Of a stretch of DNA of 64,000 bases, positions 62,350 to 64,000 are shown in pieces (position 1 is the stretch's first letter; each line of letters starts with the position of its first letter). Location: contig CBDDFZ010000001.1 in NCBI GenBank assembly GCA_965227515.1, positions 864,001-928,000 on the forward strand. The letters run 5' to 3'. The stretch is from Alphaproteobacteria bacterium (lineage in GTDB: Bacteria > Pseudomonadota > Alphaproteobacteria > CALKHQ01). The notes below the pieces were generated by a model. That model searched no databases. It saw only the letters and a list, made by a program, of their open reading frames with translations, and was not told the DNA's origin. The position numbers were made by a program, and so were the translations under genes.

Positions 62350-62600
62350 CAATCCCTTTTTCGTCGTCCCGGCGCCTGGGTCATGCTTCTGTACGGGGTC
62401 GGCGCACGGCCGCCACCAAGATGGATATGCGAGGATCGGTCGGTCCAATCTACGGAAGCGTGCTCTCGTGCGAGGCGACATCCTGGATGGCGGCCTGACC
62501 TGATCCATCGTCCCGGCGCGGGACGGCGCTTGACGGGCCGGTGTCTGCGCCCGCCGAAGCTCGTGTGCTGGTTCTCCCTATGCGGCGGTCGTCTTTGCCA
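62350..62600 (-). ncRNA. Predicted bridge/seek-type guide RNA
   Basis: Two stem-closed internal loops matching target and donor sequences; transcript ends unknown. Confidence 0.75.
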
Positions 62601-63644
62601 TTAGGCCGCTGCCATCGCCGGGCGCACCGGTCCGGCATGGTTGAACGCGGTGCCGTCAACCCACATCCGGTGCATGATCACGGCGAGCCGGCGCGCCAGC
62701 GCGACCTTCGCCTTCCTCATGCCCGCACGCCTGGCCAGCTTCATCGCCCAGCTCTTCAGCCAGCCGCCCTCGATCGGCCGGGTCAGAACCACGTGTGCCG
62801 CCTCATAGAGGGCCGAGCGCACATCGGCGTCCCCTACCTTCGATATCCGCCCCATCACCTCGCTCTCGCCCGACTGGCGCTTGGTCGGCGTCAGGCCGAA
62901 GTGCGCACCCACCAGGCGCGACGAGGCAAACCGCCCGGGGTCGTCCACTCCCGACAAGTAGGTCAGTCCGACAATGCTCCCCACGCCCGGCACCGTCATC
63001 AGCAGGCGAGCGCGATCGTCGGCCTGCGCCGCCGCCCGGACCTGCCGGTCCAGCGCCGTGAACGATAGCAACAGGCCATCGCGTGCCGACAGCAGCGCCC
63101 CCGCCACCGCCTCCAGTACCGGATGCCCCGCCACAAGCTCCGAAATACGTGTCGAAAAGCTGCGCCTGGTGGTGTGCCCTACCTTCAGCCCGAAGTTCCG
63201 CAGCTGACCACGAAGGTGCATCTCAAGATCGTGCAGCTTCGCGCGGAGCTGGTCGCGACCCTTCAAAAGGGCCCGCATCTCCTGGGCCGCCAAAGACTTG
63301 CAGTGAACCGGCCGAAACCAGCCCACACGCATCAGCTGAGCAATCCCGCGTGCGTCCGAGCGGTCCGACTTCACCGGCATCGTCGAAAGGGCCCGCGCAA
63401 CATGACGCGTCTCCAGCAACTCAACCGAAAGACCGCCCTGCGCGCACTCCCGCACAAGCCATTGCGACAACGGCCCCGCCTCAAGACCAATCCGCTCAAC
63501 CGAAATCCCCAAAGACCCAAACCACAACAACAAACCCGCCGGCGTGCTCGCAATACGAGCCTCGCAGACAATCCCGCCCGCGCCGTCAACAACGCATACC
63601 GATGACCATTCCAAAGAAACGTCAATCCCGGCATAGTAGTTCAT
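62601..63644 (-). CDS. IS110-family DEDD recombinase/transposase
   Basis: GIDVS, GLEAG, KSDRSDA, TVPGVG, GLTP..RQSG; GAGGAG RBS. Confidence 0.95.
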   Translation of the reverse strand: MNYYAGIDVSLEWSSVCVVDGAGGIVCEARIASTPAGLLLWFGSLGISVERIGLEAGPLSQWLVRECAQGGLSVELLETRHVARALSTMPVKSDRSDARGIAQLMRVGWFRPVHCKSLAAQEMRALLKGRDQLRAKLHDLEMHLRGQLRNFGLKVGHTTRRSFSTRISELVAGHPVLEAVAGALLSARDGLLLSFTALDRQVRAAAQADDRARLLMTVPGVGSIVGLTYLSGVDDPGRFASSRLVGAHFGLTPTKRQSGESEVMGRISKVGDADVRSALYEAAHVVLTRPIEGGWLKSWAMKLARRAGMRKAKVALARRLAVIMHRMWVDGTAFNHAGPVRPAMAAA

Positions 63645-63773
63645 GGTCGTCTCTCCTCGATGTCTTGGAGCGGCAAACCCGACTCCGTGTATGACACCGA
63701 CATCTTGAGGGACGACCACTCATGCACGCCACCAAACAAGGGCCGTTAGCCCATCTACAACGTCCGGTGCGCC

Positions 63774-64000
63774 TCAACCCGCCGCGATGTACTGCTCCAG
63801 TGCGTCGCGTTCGTGCTGCAACTCGCCCAGGCGGTGCTTCACCACGTCGCCGATGCTGATTATGCCGACCATGCGGTCGTTGCGCATCACCGGCAGGTGG
63901 CGGATGCGGTGGTCGGTCATCAACTGCATCAGCTTGTCGAGCGTGTCGTCCGGCGTGCAGGTGATGACGTTCGCGGTCATGTAGTCCCTGACCGGCCCGT
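63774..64000 (-). CDS. CBS-domain protein, 3' part (5' end beyond the window)
   Basis: MT..VITC.PDD, RIRHLPV, GIISIGDVVK. Confidence 0.9.
   Translation of the reverse strand, partial: GPVRDYMTANVITCTPDDTLDKLMQLMTDHRIRHLPVMRNDRMVGIISIGDVVKHRLGELQHERDALEQYIAAG

Larger units (their letters stand above)
62328..63756 (-). mobile_element. IS110-family (IS1111-type) insertion sequence
   Basis: CT on both sides (62326-27 and 63755-56), sub-terminal imperfect IRs 62332-49 and 63731-48, long 3' non-coding region. Confidence 0.9.

Noticed and set aside
62374-62381. GCCTGGGT, an 8-nt match to the IS110 target, as the target guide
   Set aside because: It lies outside the paired-guide loop architecture and has no partner guide; possibly chance in GC-rich DNA, though not fully excluded.

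Overview
High-GC chromosomal window, most likely from an alphaproteobacterium (Rhodospirillales-like; inferred from gene families and repeat types). It has about 50 genes: secreted/RTX proteins, ABC, MFS and DMT transporters, a cNMP-domain plus degenerate-ABC module divergent from a glycosyltransferase-phosphatase operon, a regulator-led surface-glycan cassette (MarR-like, RfaH-like, epimerase, dehydrogenase, AsnB-like, methyltransferase), an imelysin/di-heme iron cluster and a kinase-enolase paralog pair. No rRNA, tRNA or CRISPR array was seen. The main signals are non-coding. There are at least five families of palindromic REP-like repeats, and both IS elements sit inside such repeats. An IS481 is in a REP hairpin loop with a 5-bp duplication. 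An IS110/IS1111-type element is inserted at the CT of a GTAG...CTAC REP, and its 3' non-coding region has two internal loops whose strands match its own insertion target and its own circle junction, i.e. a bridge/seek-type guide RNA whose programming can be read from the sequence. A separate family of 175-176 bp elements has conserved 30-31 bp ends and a 115-116 bp core that is largely unrelated between copies. All product calls come from motif recognition by eye; no searches were run.
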